Positions 36,101 through 49,552 are shown, counted from the whole stretch's first letter. The stretch is DNA of 63,632 bases, filler included, from Choristocarpus tenellus KU-1152 (GCA_964200185.2; 11 parts of 11 records of this genome joined end to end with filler, not necessarily neighbours in it); one strand, 5' to 3'. Numbers and translations: made by a program. The notes: generated by a model from the sequence alone, not told the origin.

Positions 36101-36943
36101 GGATGCGACATAATGTGTGTACCAAATCTGTTGTTGCCTTTGTGGAATATATGTGTTAGCAAGGGACTCGTGGGTGTAGAGTGTCGCGAGTTGCAAACAG
36201 GTATCGATTGTTGTGATTGGGGAAAATAGTACACGTGAGAGGGTGGTATCTGTCCATGTAGTGTATGCAGTATATGTGGCCGACATTGTAACGTGAAAGG
36301 AAACAAAAACTTGGAGTTTAGTGTTGGTTTACCGATTGGCAGACTCATTCTAAATCAAGGTTGGTGGTTGCAATTGTGCACGGACGGTGTGCGGTTCGTG
36401 AAGAAATGCGTGTGCGTATTTATGATGTGATCTATGGTGTCAATGCGAGGGAAGGTGTGGACGTGACATAATGGGTCAACAATGTGTGTTGCGTGTTTAG
36501 TGTATGATTTATGAAGGAGCGGGAGGGTGCAGATCGATGCGAGTGGCAAGGATGGATCAGGTCCAGGGGGGTGGGGAGAATTGTGTATGTAGTGTATGTG
36601 GTATGTGTTCCTCTTACAAGCGATGGGTATATTGTCGACGTTGACGCTGGGAAGAAAAGAGGAAATCGTATTTATTGCGCGAGTTTACCGATTGGCAAAC
36701 TTCTCGGAGAAAAGGCGGTGATGATTGTAGGTGTGTATGGACAATCTGTGCAGTCTTTTCATAAGTGCAGATTGTGTTATCTTGACGCGATGCGTCGTGT
36801 CGATGTGAAGGGAGAGGCGGGTGTGGCATAAGTTCCAACGACATATCTTGTGTGTTTGTTATATACGTGGGCGAGGGGTGTACCTGTCGGAGTTGTCACC
36901 ATCAGTGGCAAACAGAGGCGGAATTTGTGGGTGGGGGGGGGAG
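33140..36943 (-). mobile_element. Large degenerate DNA transposon (Sola2-like) with a terminal fold-back; 5' end off-contig
   Basis: 33140-33713 is homologous (reverse complement) to 15627-16208, and the homology stops exactly at ...ACTTTGACCC. The interior holds a multi-exon transposase-like pseudogene. Confidence 0.6.
33885..35890 (-). pseudogene. Intron-split Sola2-like transposase C-terminal half with Tudor-like tail (stops and frameshifts)
   Basis: Exon 35677-35125 (CAG| ... G|GTAACG) reads EIVHLPSYKIDR...NLSGIKSMHRF...RTLVCT*LP*YCTNCSIGNLAQC...SYGGVFSAGDEIV. It joins in phase 1 to an exon starting at 34749. It resembles the G.+..H.F...LSC.C..C tail of HGK-DG-type (Sola2) transposases. 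The catalytic motifs were not clearly found. Confidence 0.5.
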
Positions 36944-39590
36944 NNNNNNNNNNNNNNNNNNNNNNNNNNNNNNNNNNNNNNNNNNNNTTAATTAATTAAN
37001 NNNNNNNNNNNNNNNNNNNNNNNNNNNNNNNNNNNNNNNNNNNCATCCTCGTAGTCCCGCTCCATCCCCAATTTTGAAAATCCTCTGTTAGTTCTTGTGC
37101 AGCATCAGGAGGAAAGCGGCAGGGTGGGACTGTGCCTCTGGGTAGAAGGGGTGGGGTTATTGGGGGGTGTCTGTGCCTGCTTGTTGTGTAGATGGAGATC
37201 TAGCTAGATATGTAAGCAATTGTGAAGTCTGTACAAAAAACTCATATATATATCTTGAAAGGGGTTAACAAGGAATTTTAGACTCATTATGAAGGTATCA
37301 CGGGCCAGGGTCCTGCTGGAAAGCATCAAAACAAACGACATCCCTCCTTACATGGGACGACTCTAAGTTTGACAAAATTGTTGAGACAGAAGGGACCGGT
37401 GTCTGACTATAGTTACTTCAACTGTCGAAGGCTTTCTAGCAATCGACTAAAAAATAATACGATGGTTAAATTTTCGTTGTGAAAAATTGCAAGTCAGTGC
37501 ATGTCAGACTGGATACACAATAGTGAGGAAAATCTCCTGTAGGTTGAGGAGTGTACCTTTTCGTGCTGTGTGGTGAAAGTTAGCCACATAATAATCATCC
37601 GTTTCCGTGGGATGAGGGTTGGGATATATGCAAAACCTCCCGGATTCCACGACTAACTTACAATCATTTTTGTGCGTGATGGGTGTGTGGATTTCATCGA
37701 CCCTACTATTACTACTGTGAGTCTCAAACCAATTCAGACACACCAATTATCCCTTTGTGTTTTCAACTCTTCTTACTATTCCATCATTAATACCCAGACA
37801 AAACGATTATCAGATGTATGAGGGACAATGAATTGATGCTTCCATAATAATGTCAGTTCCCACAAGAAACTAAGGAATAAACTATTCGGTGAAGGACAGT
37901 AGGTGCACTGTATTCCAAATCTTGTGCATAAAAGATTAATGTTTTTGTTTTCTCAATTCCTTGATTTATTACAATCCAACCTGGAGTGGTTGAAAAAAAT
38001 GAAAGCGACTGTAAAGCATTCATTTGCTTGTACTATTATAATGCCTCAACCTACCCCCTCTTAAGCAATGCGTCAACAACATGTTGCTCCAGTAGGGGAC
38101 CAAACAATTAAGCAACAACTCGACCATGACCATCACTCACTATCACATAGTAACACTGTAATGCGCAACCTATCTTCTTCACACACAATCCATCTCTCAT
38201 TCATACACAATTTTGGCACATCTGGAGCATGACACATCTTAAGGTCACTTCATCAGGCTTAATAGAGGCCAAAAGAGGGAAGTAACTGCAGGAGGCAACA
38301 GGTGGTCATGTTTACAACTGGAAACGCCACCAACAACAATGGAAAATACAGTCAAGGGAGGAAGCAGGTTGGGGTGAACTTGTTTGCCTCCTTTGACTTA
38401 TTTCCCCTTCACGACCCCAGAAAAATTCCTGTCCTGTTCCCACTGTGCCTTTCAGAACAGTAACAACTCGTATCTCAGCACCTCTACAATGCACACACAA
38501 AAAATGGGAATTCACAGCAGAGGGCCCACGATCAAAAAGCAGCAACATAAATCCAACGTATACGTTCCAGACTTCTTTCCTCTCTACCCTGTTGGATCAC
38601 GCTTGACCAGAAAGTTTTCTGTTCAATGTATTGCACAGGGGGACATTTGATTCCTTGCATAGCCTGTTATGCTGTACACAGCATTTTACTCTGGTGACAA
38701 CAACACATGGAGGTGGTGTGCATGTTCTTACTTCACCTTTTCTTGGACTCGCATGACATCAAACTTCATACTTCACACTTCACACATCACACATACCTCC
38801 ACACACTTAAGAAGACGTAAGCACACAAATACACACAAACATGGACACAAATCACTCTTCCTCTCTCCTTACATATCCCATACCATGGAGGATTCAGGTC
38901 CCACAAGAACAATGGGGTTGGCATGGGGGATCAGCAGAGGCGGGTAGAGGGAAAGAATCATGGAGCCTAGATACAATCAAGATCCCACATCTGTAAACAG
39001 TACATAAGAAGAAGCATGCTTACTGCTGTGCTGCTTAAGTCGAAGGCATTCGCTTCTTGGTACCAAATGCTTCAAGGGAATCCAGCCCCCCTCCAGTCCC
39101 TACCATTCTAGACAATCACATGCCTGACCTCACCATCACCAAGTACTGCTGCATGAAAAAAACATCGACTCATGGTGACACAACCATTCTTGACTGCCAA
39201 TCACAACCACTTTGATTAATATATTTCTTCAAAGCATTGCAGTATAATAGGATGATAACATCGATAACAGATTTGGACAAAAGAAGGGGTGGGTTTCCAC
39301 ACCCTGAAAGGCAGGAAGGTGACAATACCATCACAACAACCAAAGCATCGCACCTGTATTGCACTAACAACCACCCAACCAAAACTAGATCACAAACATT
39401 ACACATAATCCACTGCTTTGCCTAAACTAACACTGACAAGAAGCAAAAAAATCAGCCTGATACATGGTGATTCTGCCCTGACCAACCAGATGCCGGCTTG
39501 GTCAGCTGATAGCTCTGGGTAGGACAGGGATATACACTGGGTCATAAAACAATCCATGTCCACGCAAGGGACACTTTTCCCTTACGACTC

Positions 39591-42500
39591 TTAGAGTCGG
39601 TGCACAATGGTGCTCTCAAAAAAGGCAATTATCTCCTTCTGGAAAAGCAGGCGTAGCACATGCAAGTGGTGAGTACGAGGAGATGAGGTGAGAGCGGGCA
39701 GGCAAGGGAGGAAACCAGGAATAGGTGCTACAGGAGCTGAGCCCTATCTAAAGAGCAAAATCATAAGTGAAAGTAGACCTTGTCTACAACACACATGCTA
39801 GCAAAGTAAAGGAATACCAGCGACAAAAGAAGAAATCAGTGGGACACTAAACATGTAATACTTCCTACTGTTTTTTGCATTATTGTGACAACTACCCACA
39901 TCCCAATATATAGATTGAAACACATCCACCCAGATCATTTTGCCATTGCAATCCAGTCACATGTTACAAAGTAAGCACCTGCGGTGCAGTTAGGCTCTGC
40001 ACCCCCTTGCCCCTGGTGAGCAACTGGCGAATATCGCTCTCAAACGCAATAGCGCTGCGATATCGACCAGATGAGACCTTTTTTGTGATGGAACCCAAAT
40101 CCACGCCCCTCGAGCGCCTCCCTGGCGTCCTCCTTTCTGACGAGTCGCTGCTTGACAGGGACAGTGTGGTGATACAGAGACAAGGCAGAAGTAGAGTATA
40201 AAAACAAGCACTAGGGAGGTGAGGTAGTCGGAAGATATGACCATTAATAGTCTTGTGGATTTTAGTGTGCGATCAAGGTATGAGTGAGCATCTTGGACTA
40301 TCTAACTTTTCATGCAGACGAGGCTATCAATGAATCACAGAAAAATTCAGTAATGCAGAGCTTGCTCACTTTGGTTTGAGAAGGGTTGCCTTGGCCGCCC
40401 GGTGCTCTCGGAGCATTGTCAAGGCTTCCCCAAATGTCAGAGGTTTTTCCTCCTCCTCCTCCTCCTCCTCCTCCTCGTCCTCTTCCTCTTCATCTTCCCC
40501 TTCATCCTCCTCCTCACCCTCCTCAAACTCCATTGCATCTTCCTCCTCCTCCTCCTCCTCCTCCTCACCCTCCTCCTCTTCCTCTTCCTCCACTGCCTCA
40601 CTCAGCTGCACTCCTCCCTCTACACAAGTGCCACATCGAATCCAATACGATTGCTTCCCATAGTAACCAATCGCCTCCATCTGCATACAGATGCACAACA
40701 CATTACAGTAAGTGAATTACACACCATGAGCCATGTACCTACCTAAAGCTGAAGTCATGGTTTGACATTGAAGAGAAGTAGGACAGAGATGAGTCCTATG
40801 AATGAATGCAGTGTCCAATATCCAACAACCAAAAAAAATGATACAGATTCTTTCCCTGGACCAACCTTAAAGGACAGTACGGTCGAGGCGTTTGATATTA
40901 TTACTGTCTCCACCCTCAACAGCTACAGATGATGAGCATGGACCTAAGGTGGCTCAGGCTGCTGCTCCAACACAGGAGGAAAGAGGCGTAACAGAAGAGG
41001 TTAGTCCAGTTCCACACCAAACATTTGGAAATAGGAAGTGGCATCATCTCTGTGTGGAACTGGACTGAGTCATCTCTTCTGTTTTTTCTCTCCTATGTTG
41101 GGGCAGTAGCTTCGGGCGCCTGAGGTCCACGTCTGCCATCCACAACTCCTGTGGGCGGAGAAAGTAATAAAAACCTCAACCATATTGCCCCACTCAGTTG
41201 CACAAAGGAAATAAACTATGACTTCTATATTTACTTCCTTGCTTGTGATACATTTTAACAACTCCAATCAACTAATTTAAAAAAAACTGTGGCAAAGGGT
41301 GTACTGAAGTTGACAACTTCAAAATGTAGTGGCTCCTCAATGCAGAAACCTTTCCAATCAAGGACCCAACAGTCAAACTTAATCAAGGACACCTCCTCCC
41401 CCCCCCAACTCACTGTAACCCTTATCCTTGACAGCAGTAGTGTGCTGGTACTGAAAGAATGTTAGGTAATACCAAGGTCACGACTGAAGGATATTGATCA
41501 GCTACACACCACACTTCCCAATTTCGGAAGCAACCAAGCTCAAAGCATCGGCAGCCAGAATGTAAATGCATGCAGAGGACGTCTTAACAAAGACACCTGT
41601 AATATATAATTTCCACCTTCCTTTACTGCAAAGAAGTGGATTGAGTGTATCTGTACCTTGTAAGGTTAGCTACCACTTCAGAAAAGCAAGTGAAACATGA
41701 CCATCCAATCACAACCTGCTCTACCATAGCTCAGAGGAATTTGGTCTCAAATTGTCACCAATTCAATCTTACTACATGGCACAACTAAACTCATCTGATA
41801 CACACAAACATCACCCCACCCAACTCCACTCCCCCCACAAAAGTTAAAAAAAAAGAGCAAACCTGTCGGTTTCGTCCGAGGGATTCCACTTCATCCTCTG
41901 GCAAGCAGTCCTCACAGTAGGCATTGACACATGTTTGACAACGAAACAACAACCCTCCTGCTGAAGCAGTAGTTCGGTCACACCCCACACACTTATGTTG
42001 TGGACACACAAAGTTTACCGTGTGTCCAAATCGTGCCCCCACCCTCTCTAGGCAATCCGCATGAAGTGAGCGAGGGCAGTACCTTAATAGAAATAAATAG
42101 AAATATTTACACAGGCAATGAGGCCCCATCCAAATGAGGGGGCGGTGGGGTGGACAAAAATGAGGAAACAAGTGTGAGTAAGTAGTGGGAAGGGCATTGA
42201 AAGCAAGGGTACAACAGTCACTGCTATCGTATGCAATTTGTCAATGAAAAATAACCAAGGATGTAACCAGAGCTCCAAAAAAGTGGCAGGTCGCTAATAT
42301 ATATATATATATATATATAATCAGACATTGCCACTGGCAAAAAAAATGGGAGGATCAACAGAATGTGTGAGGCACTAAAACGCCGAGGGTATATAAACTA
42401 AACCCAGCATACAGTCACCAGTATCTCTTCACAGTCACATCAAACCGTCGACTAAACTCCAGTCCATTTCACATCCCCTGCAACTTCAACCACCCATCTA

Positions 42501-45223
42501 CAACGATTTCATCTACAACCATTTCAATCCCTCAACCGCAAACAACACATCCAAGTCATACTCCATAGATGTAGATGGATAGAAAATACAACCTCCATCT
42601 GAGGGGCACTGATTTCTCAGGAAAAGATTCAGAGGGTCAGAAGTACCGAACGAGCCCAATTCCAAAAAACTCTTGATTGGCTCAATCCCCCCTCCCCTCC
42701 CCTCCCCCTAGTCCTCTACTCGCAGTTCTGTGGCCTCTCTCACCCACACTGCATAAGCGGAGGAGACTTTGGCTTCTGCTTGACTCGGCAAAGGAGGCAG
42801 ATAGACATATGGTCCCAACTTCGCCTTGCCCTCTTAGAAGGGGTCTCTGCTGATGCAGCCTTCTGAGGTACCATAATTAAATCCCAAAGATGGGATGGAG
42901 AAAGAGGCAACAATATGTTAAAAAAAGAAGAGTTAAGGAGAGGGGGTTGCGCTTGTGGCGGGGCTGGCCTTAGGTGGAGGTGTTGTCTAGGGTTGGTTTT
43001 CATGGGTGAGGCAGAGGCAATGGGTATGATTGCATCAGTACTACCATAGAGTAGTTGGGAGGAATCACTTGGATTAATCGTACCATCCTTTTCAAGTGCA
43101 TTGCTAAAGGTATTATATGCAGGCAAGTAAATGGCTCATTACTTTCCTATCCTGATACACATTTGTCTTGTGCAAGGTAAGGCGTGTGCAAACCAAGGAC
43201 GATACGTGACTGCTTCCAATTGCCATCAACAGCATTATTATCTACATCTCTACTAATATAATACTGATTGCTTGGAAACACACAATACCTACCTAACTCT
43301 TACCTTTCCCTCATCCTCATTGTCCATTGTCTCTGCCAAGACCGCCAGCTTTCCCCTTATGCCTGTCCCCTTGCCATCAACCATCACCACTCGGCTCTGA
43401 CAGGGATAAGGTGATGATAAGGCGATGCACACACCCACAAACACAAGTGTACAACGGTCATTGGGGACATTCAAATAAAACACTATCAAAGGTCCAAAAC
43501 AAGAATAGGGATTTTAAGGATAAACATTATCAAAGTAACAGCCTCCTGATCCCTCTCACTAGCTCCAGTTCAGGTAAAACTTGAATATTGGTTGAAAAAA
43601 AAACACTGCTTAAACTCCACAAAACACTAATGCCAAGTTTGTGGCTGGGTGGGTGTGAGGGGGGAAGTGGAGGGAAGGGGGGGGGGAATGATACACGCAG
43701 ATAGGGTAACATGCCAAAACATGAACATCTGATATTTCACCTTATTTCCCCACTCACCCTCCACACAGAGATACAAAAACAAAATTATAGGCAGCACGGA
43801 ATAATCACAACTAAGGAGCCTTGTTGCAATGCATTGCTACCCCACCTTAATCCCCATTTTTGATTGGTTGCCAGTGTACATTGCAACGGCTGATTGGTTA
43901 GGGTTACTATTATTTATATTATTATCGACAGAGTGCAAAGGGTGCACTAACTACTGCGACAAAATTGTACCGTGATGATAAATCATGACATGCTCTTTGA
44001 AAAAAAAAATCACTTGCAATTTAGGATTACAACAAAAATATTATTCTAAATCTTCTTTTCTGCACAGCACCAATTGAAATATAGCTCTTCACTAGAAGAT
44101 AAGTTTGACCGTGTTTCAAATAGAGTGCACTAACCTCGGCATGGTTCATGCAAGCACCAAGCACAGAAAAAAAACAGCTCTAGAGAACCAAGATAAAAAA
44201 AAAGATAAGCACTAGTATCACGATTCAGACATGGTGCTATCTAGAAATCACCACAGAGCAAAACTTCCGCCAGAAGTGGTAACAATATACCATAGCCGCA
44301 CTTCTACTATGATCAACCACCAATGACTAAAGTCCATCACACTCAATAAGTTGGTACTGCATATAGCAAGAAAAGGGAGGGGCCGATTATTTGATAATGC
44401 AGCACACCCACTCAAAGTACCCATCAGTGAAATTTTAAGAACAAAAGCAATTGTAGTGTAGCCAATGACATCCCCCATCTACTCTGGTTCAATGCTGCAA
44501 CAGAAGGTAAACAGAACAGTAAATACAATTACATCCAGCTACTTGGTCATTTCCCATGAAGGAGGACTTTTTTGTATCCCTCCAAACAATACACTACAAC
44601 AACCACACTATACCCGCCCTCAAAAAAACGGAATCCAAGAGCTTCTTTCCATTTCTCAGTCAGCAACCAGACAATCAATTGCCAAAATCGTAAACTCCAG
44701 TTTCCACGGATGCTTCGAATACCCCCTTCATCAACATCAGATAACATATGCACACTACTATACTTCCACTATCCAACGTATTCTACATTACTCCCAACTG
44801 AAAAATATGACGCTCTAAGGTACACTCTCCATCAACAACGTCACTCCAAGTCAATTCCATCCCCAGTACCTTCTTCTTCCGCTTGCCTAACTCCACAAAG
44901 TCCAAATCGGCCAGTACCCCCTTGGCACCACTCCCCTTTCCTCCTCCCTTCTGGTAAACCACTCCCTCCAGTTGTCGCAAGTCCACCTCCTCCAATTTAC
45001 GCCTCCTTTGGAAATCCCCACTCCCGCTTGGCCCCGCACTCTTTTCTTTTACAGTCCCTTCTCCCCTCTTACCCCTCGCCATAGCATCTGTTTCCTCCCC
45101 CTCCCCTGCACTGGTAGTCGCAGCGACTGAGCCTGCCCCCACCCCTCCAGAGTTAATTTCTTTTGGCTTGGTTGTCTCCCGAGAGAGGAGTTTGTCTATA
45201 TCAGCATCTGTGAGGTCATCCTC
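39591..45223 (-). CDS. 3' part of a chromatin protein: tandem PHD-type Zn fingers + poly-Glu tract + divergent bromodomain; probably the C-terminus of an SNF2/ISWI-like remodeller
   Basis: Seven phase-consistent GT-AG exons: 45223-44870, 43396-43304, 42862-42744, 42082-41863, 40680-40370, 40147-39979 and 39638-39591 (TAA). Motifs: CLLC...CGYCPRSLHADCL...FVCPQHKCVGC...AGGLLFRCQTCVNAYCEDCL...YWIRCGTC, then VDLGSITKKVSSGRYRSAIAFESDIRQLL. The 5' part is off-contig, so the SNF2 identity is inferred. Confidence 0.82.
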
Positions 45224-45644
45224 CTGCTTGCATGTCAAAGTCATTCGGTTGGAACAGTACAGTGTACATTGTTATTTTTTTTAGGCTAAACGTTAAAAGA
45301 AATAAAAATAATGAAAAAATGCCGGGGTTCAGCTCAAAATTCCGATCTTGAATATAACTTGATTGTTAGTTCCTGGAATCAGAGGTGTATGCCTAGGTGC
45401 TTGATATTCTACATTGCCAGTCTCAGTCTCTGCCTACTTTCTGAACCACTACAATATAAAAGTTAAGTATATTCAAGGGGTTGGTTGCATCTGGGGATGT
45501 TTGATTACGGGGTGTTTGAATCACAATTGAACCTTACAAATCGAACTACTGAATGGGTTAAATTAAATCAACCACCAAATTTCTTGCGCTCTCACATACT
45601 AAGCTCCCCAGAAAACACAGAAATTAAACACCTTCAATCCAAAG

Positions 45645-45684
<40 letters not shown>

Positions 45685-45840
45685 ACCACCCCCCCCCCCA
45701 ACGGGGAAGACGGCGGCACGCCCGGCGCCGCGGGACAAAANNNNNNNNNNNNNNNNNNNNNNNNNNNNNNNNNNNNNNNNNNNNTTAATTAATTAANNNN
45801 NNNNNNNNNNNNNNNNNNNNNNNNNNNNNNNNNNNNNNNN

Positions 45841-47340
45841 ACATCTGAATCAGCATTAGACGAACCAAGGATAATGTCAACAGGTAAACCAGCTTGTTTT
45901 CCAAACGGAAGGAAAAACGGGGTTTCATGCAACTTTGCGCTGAATGCTTTGTTATGGGCTAATTTTACGAAATGCAATAACGATGCCCAGTTATCCTTAG
46001 CAACAGAGATATTCCCTTGGGGGTGATACGATGTGGTTTTGGTTTCTTGAACCCAAAGATAGACTGCAACTCTGCAACAATACTGTTTTCAAATTCGGTA
46101 CCTTGATCGGAGTGTAACAACTCGGGTGGACCAAAAATTGAAAATACACGTTCTACCAGCGTACGAGCAATTGTTGCGGCCTCTTTATTTGGAATAGGGC
46201 TCAGCACAACAAAACGATTGAGGTGATAATGGCAGACAACACATACGAGCACATGACACCATTTGCTGCTGGGGAACATGTTTTGTAATCTACCAAATCA
46301 ATAGCAACACGTTGAAATGGTCTGTCAACAGGCATATGACCAGTAGGAAGCGTAGGTTTCTTATGAGCAGTCTTACGCGTTTGGCATGCTTGACAATCAC
46401 GACACCATGTACGAACGTCGATATTGAATGTTGGCCACCAATACGAGTCTCTAACCTTGTCGAACGTGGGTTTGAAACCTAAGTGACCTCCAGACAATGC
46501 ATGGTCATGACAAGCATGGAGTATTATAAGACGGACTAACGAGTGAGGAACGACCACCTGGTCTCTAAACGTGCTCCTCTTACGAAGATGGCCTGGTAAA
46601 TACGAACGATGCTGGTAGCCATTACGAAGGAAGAAATACGACATAGACGTCGTTGATTCCTTATCAGGCAGTGGGGCGACGTTGGGGGACTGCAAATACC
46701 TGAAATATGGTCCGAACTCGGATTCCTGCTCCTTGCGCAATTGCTCCTGGTCCACTGCAGGAAACACAGTAGTGGAACTAGTAAATAGTTCACGATCACA
46801 CAGAGAACGAAGGAGTTGTACTTGTATCACGTTCTTGAGCGGGGCTCCTTGTCATGTGATGTCTCGCTGAAATGGTACATGAACTGTTGTGAAATGAAAG
46901 ACGTTCTTGCCAATCAAGGATTGCACCGAAGGCCTTCATATCACTTTTGCCAAGCAGAATTTTATCGGGACCAAGATGGGGAATCACTAAAGCTTCAACT
47001 GGCAATGTGGTGTCACCAAGAGTAGGTGCAAAACGAATAAATCCACGGATACGCAATGGTGAACCGTTTGCTGTACGTAGATTTATTGCACCAGGTGGGA
47101 CAGGATGCACATCAAAATGTTTCAGTTGAGGGTGATTGCGAACAAATATTTCTGAAATACATGGTACATCACTGACTAGCTATGTCAATAGTCAAGTCAT
47201 TTTCTTCTTCTTCTTTAACGGTGCTGGTATTGACTGTCTATCGTCACGAACGCGACCCCCACGACCCCTTCCTCTACGACGCAGGTGTGGCCGACGAGCA
47301 CCCCTCGGATTGTCTAGGCACGAGTGGGTTGTACGACCCT
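45841..47340 (-). mobile_element. Internally deleted Ty3/gypsy copy (protease fused to integrase)
   Basis: 46810-47225 is nearly identical to 11305-11722. It is followed directly by HDHALSGGHLG...YWWP...CRDCQACQ, PFQRVAIDL and SDQGTEF. Confidence 0.9.
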
Positions 47341-47962
47341 CAGTATGTAGTATGATGTTCTCTGACACTTTCAAGGTATAGACTACTTCATGTACCATTC
47401 TTGTATATGTTGTATGGAACATGATAGAAGGAGGACAGGAAATGATTGATCCAAAATAATACTATGGTGACCTTCGACGTAAGATTTTGTTGCAGTGTAT
47501 TCTATATTGCCTTCATTACAAATTTAGAGTTTCTTATGGACCACTTTCAATATGGACAAGGTCATACACGAACATTGTTGACGTACATAGATGCGATCAT
47601 TTTTTAGGTTGATTCACATTTTCGTGAAAAGAAGTCTAGAATTGAAAGGACTTCAACTCGGTAATTTTAAGTACATGACGGAGGGTTTGACATTTTCACA
47701 ATAATTGGAAAAAGGAGAAAATGATGTAGACCAGGCCTTCCAACACAATAGTAACATCTCTTGTTTGAATTCAAGATCTTGCAGTCTTATTAAAAGTAGA
47801 GTGTCAAACTGGTTCCCAATGACACCCTTCCCGTTCGAAAGCAAAGAGGTAGAGTGCAGCTTGTTGTGATTAATTTTTTCATTGTATCAGTTACCCCCCT
47901 TTCACCTTCGGGCAGCAAAAGCAATACTTAGTATTCTCTTTGAAATATCCGTGTGTTGGCAG

Positions 47963-48692
47963 GAAATCTATGACGAGATTTCAGGTGGCAAAGATATCAT
48001 CGGCGGAAAGAATAATCCTAGGCGACCAACAGATGTTCTTGCCTACTCAGAATCCAACTGCTTGTGGCAACAACAGGTGTCCTCGCAACGGAATGTTGAT
48101 GTGGTCCCATTCGTTGGCCTCTACAAAGGCAGGCGATGGATAGCGCCGGTAGCAGAAGTAGAGACAGGAGCAGGTGCAATGCCTGGGACAGAGGTTTCAG
48201 CCTCAGCAGCAGATATTGTAATATGGAGGATTGAGAGGGGTGAGCGGGCATGGAAGGGGAGGGCGTTTGTAGCTCTGGTGGCTGCCCTCCGGAGATTTCG
48301 TCTCTGCAGACTCGAGGCGCGTGTGAGTTATGCGAGAGCCACAGGATGCTACAACCGCATCCACAAGCGGAAAGGAGTATTGGGATTGTTGAAGTGGGTG
48401 AGCCTGAGGGTCAGTATACGGGCAAACCCTAAACAAAGGGTAGAATACAGGGGTTGGAGACGGTTGCCGAGGAGGGAGTGGGGGAGAGGAGGTGTAAAAC
48501 CTTGTGGACAATCATATGAAAAGGCTGAGATCCTCGTATGGCAAGGGGGAAGGCTCAGGGCAAGGAACGAGAGTGGTATTAGAGAAGATTCATGGGCCAA
48601 CAGAGGTACAGGGGCTGACCCAGCGCAGATGTTTGCAAGGAGATGGGTTATTCGACGTGCCTTCAATAGAATCCAGAGGTGGGCATGCCAAG
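47963..48692 (+). CDS. Probable exon of an unidentified Arg/Trp-rich host protein
   Basis: Lies within a 273-aa ORF (47882-48703). Candidate acceptor TGGCAG|GAA at 47963 and donor CAA|GTGATC near 48692. No family recognised with confidence. Confidence 0.4.
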
Positions 48693-49552
48693 TGATCTAC
48701 TGAAGATTTGCTGCCATAGTTGTAAAATATGCAAGGTCTCTGTTCTCCCTCCTCACGAGACTTACTCGAACTCTTTCCCCACTTAAGACACTGGGCAGTG
48801 AAAAAATATGGCCACTACTATTGTGCCCTTATGCTTTCATTTTTTCCTTTTGGCATAGTTTTATCAACCCTCAAAAGGTAATTGAATGTTGATCATTCCC
48901 CCCATCCCCTCCCCCCGTCTCCTGGTAGGATTTCTAACACCAATGTACACGTTCCAGGGTTGCAGTATAGGGCTCCCACGATATGAAATTGCACAGGAAC
49001 GGGAAGAGCAAGCAGTGAAAGGAATCAAGAGTGGGCTAAGGGATCTTTCGAAAGTGGCACACACGTTGTGATCCAGCAGTAGACAGTACAGGTGTCATTT
49101 GTGCTTACAGATATATTCTCCTCCTTGTCCATGGCACTTCTGCTTCGTTCAAGCAGGAATACACAAGCCTGGACTGCCCTTCGCATGCGGCAAGATTTGG
49201 CATGTCGGCACCATGGTAGGGTGATCTTCAAAGAGGGACTGCACTTGATGACTCAACATGCGCAAAAAAAGAGGTGAGTGAGCCCCCTGTGATCACTGAC
49301 CCTTTGATAGTATAGAATTGATAGAATCAAGTTGCTGGGATTGTTTGGAGGCTGCAACCCCTTGCGTTGGTTTCTAACATCCAATTCCTATTCCTTCAGC
49401 CTGACCAGTACTACGATGGAGGATGTGGATGGTACCAAATGAGAACGAAAACCTTATCCGTGATATGTAAGGCAAAGGGCACCCTGCTCCACAGTGTGCA
49501 GGAGTGTCTCTGGACTGCATGGAGGAGTGGAGGAGAATGGGCAAATCACAGA

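Noticed and set aside
31000-36943. Endogenous giant virus or Polinton segment
   Set aside because: No capsid, polB, packaging ATPase or other viral hallmark was recognised; part of it is better explained as a transposon.
40376-40746. Poly-Ser, poly-Pro and poly-Leu plus-strand ORFs
   Set aside because: They are antisense shadows of the poly-Glu exon on the minus strand.
45485-45740. Poly-proline ORF
   Set aside because: It is a C homopolymer at a contig edge within an intron region, of unreliable length.
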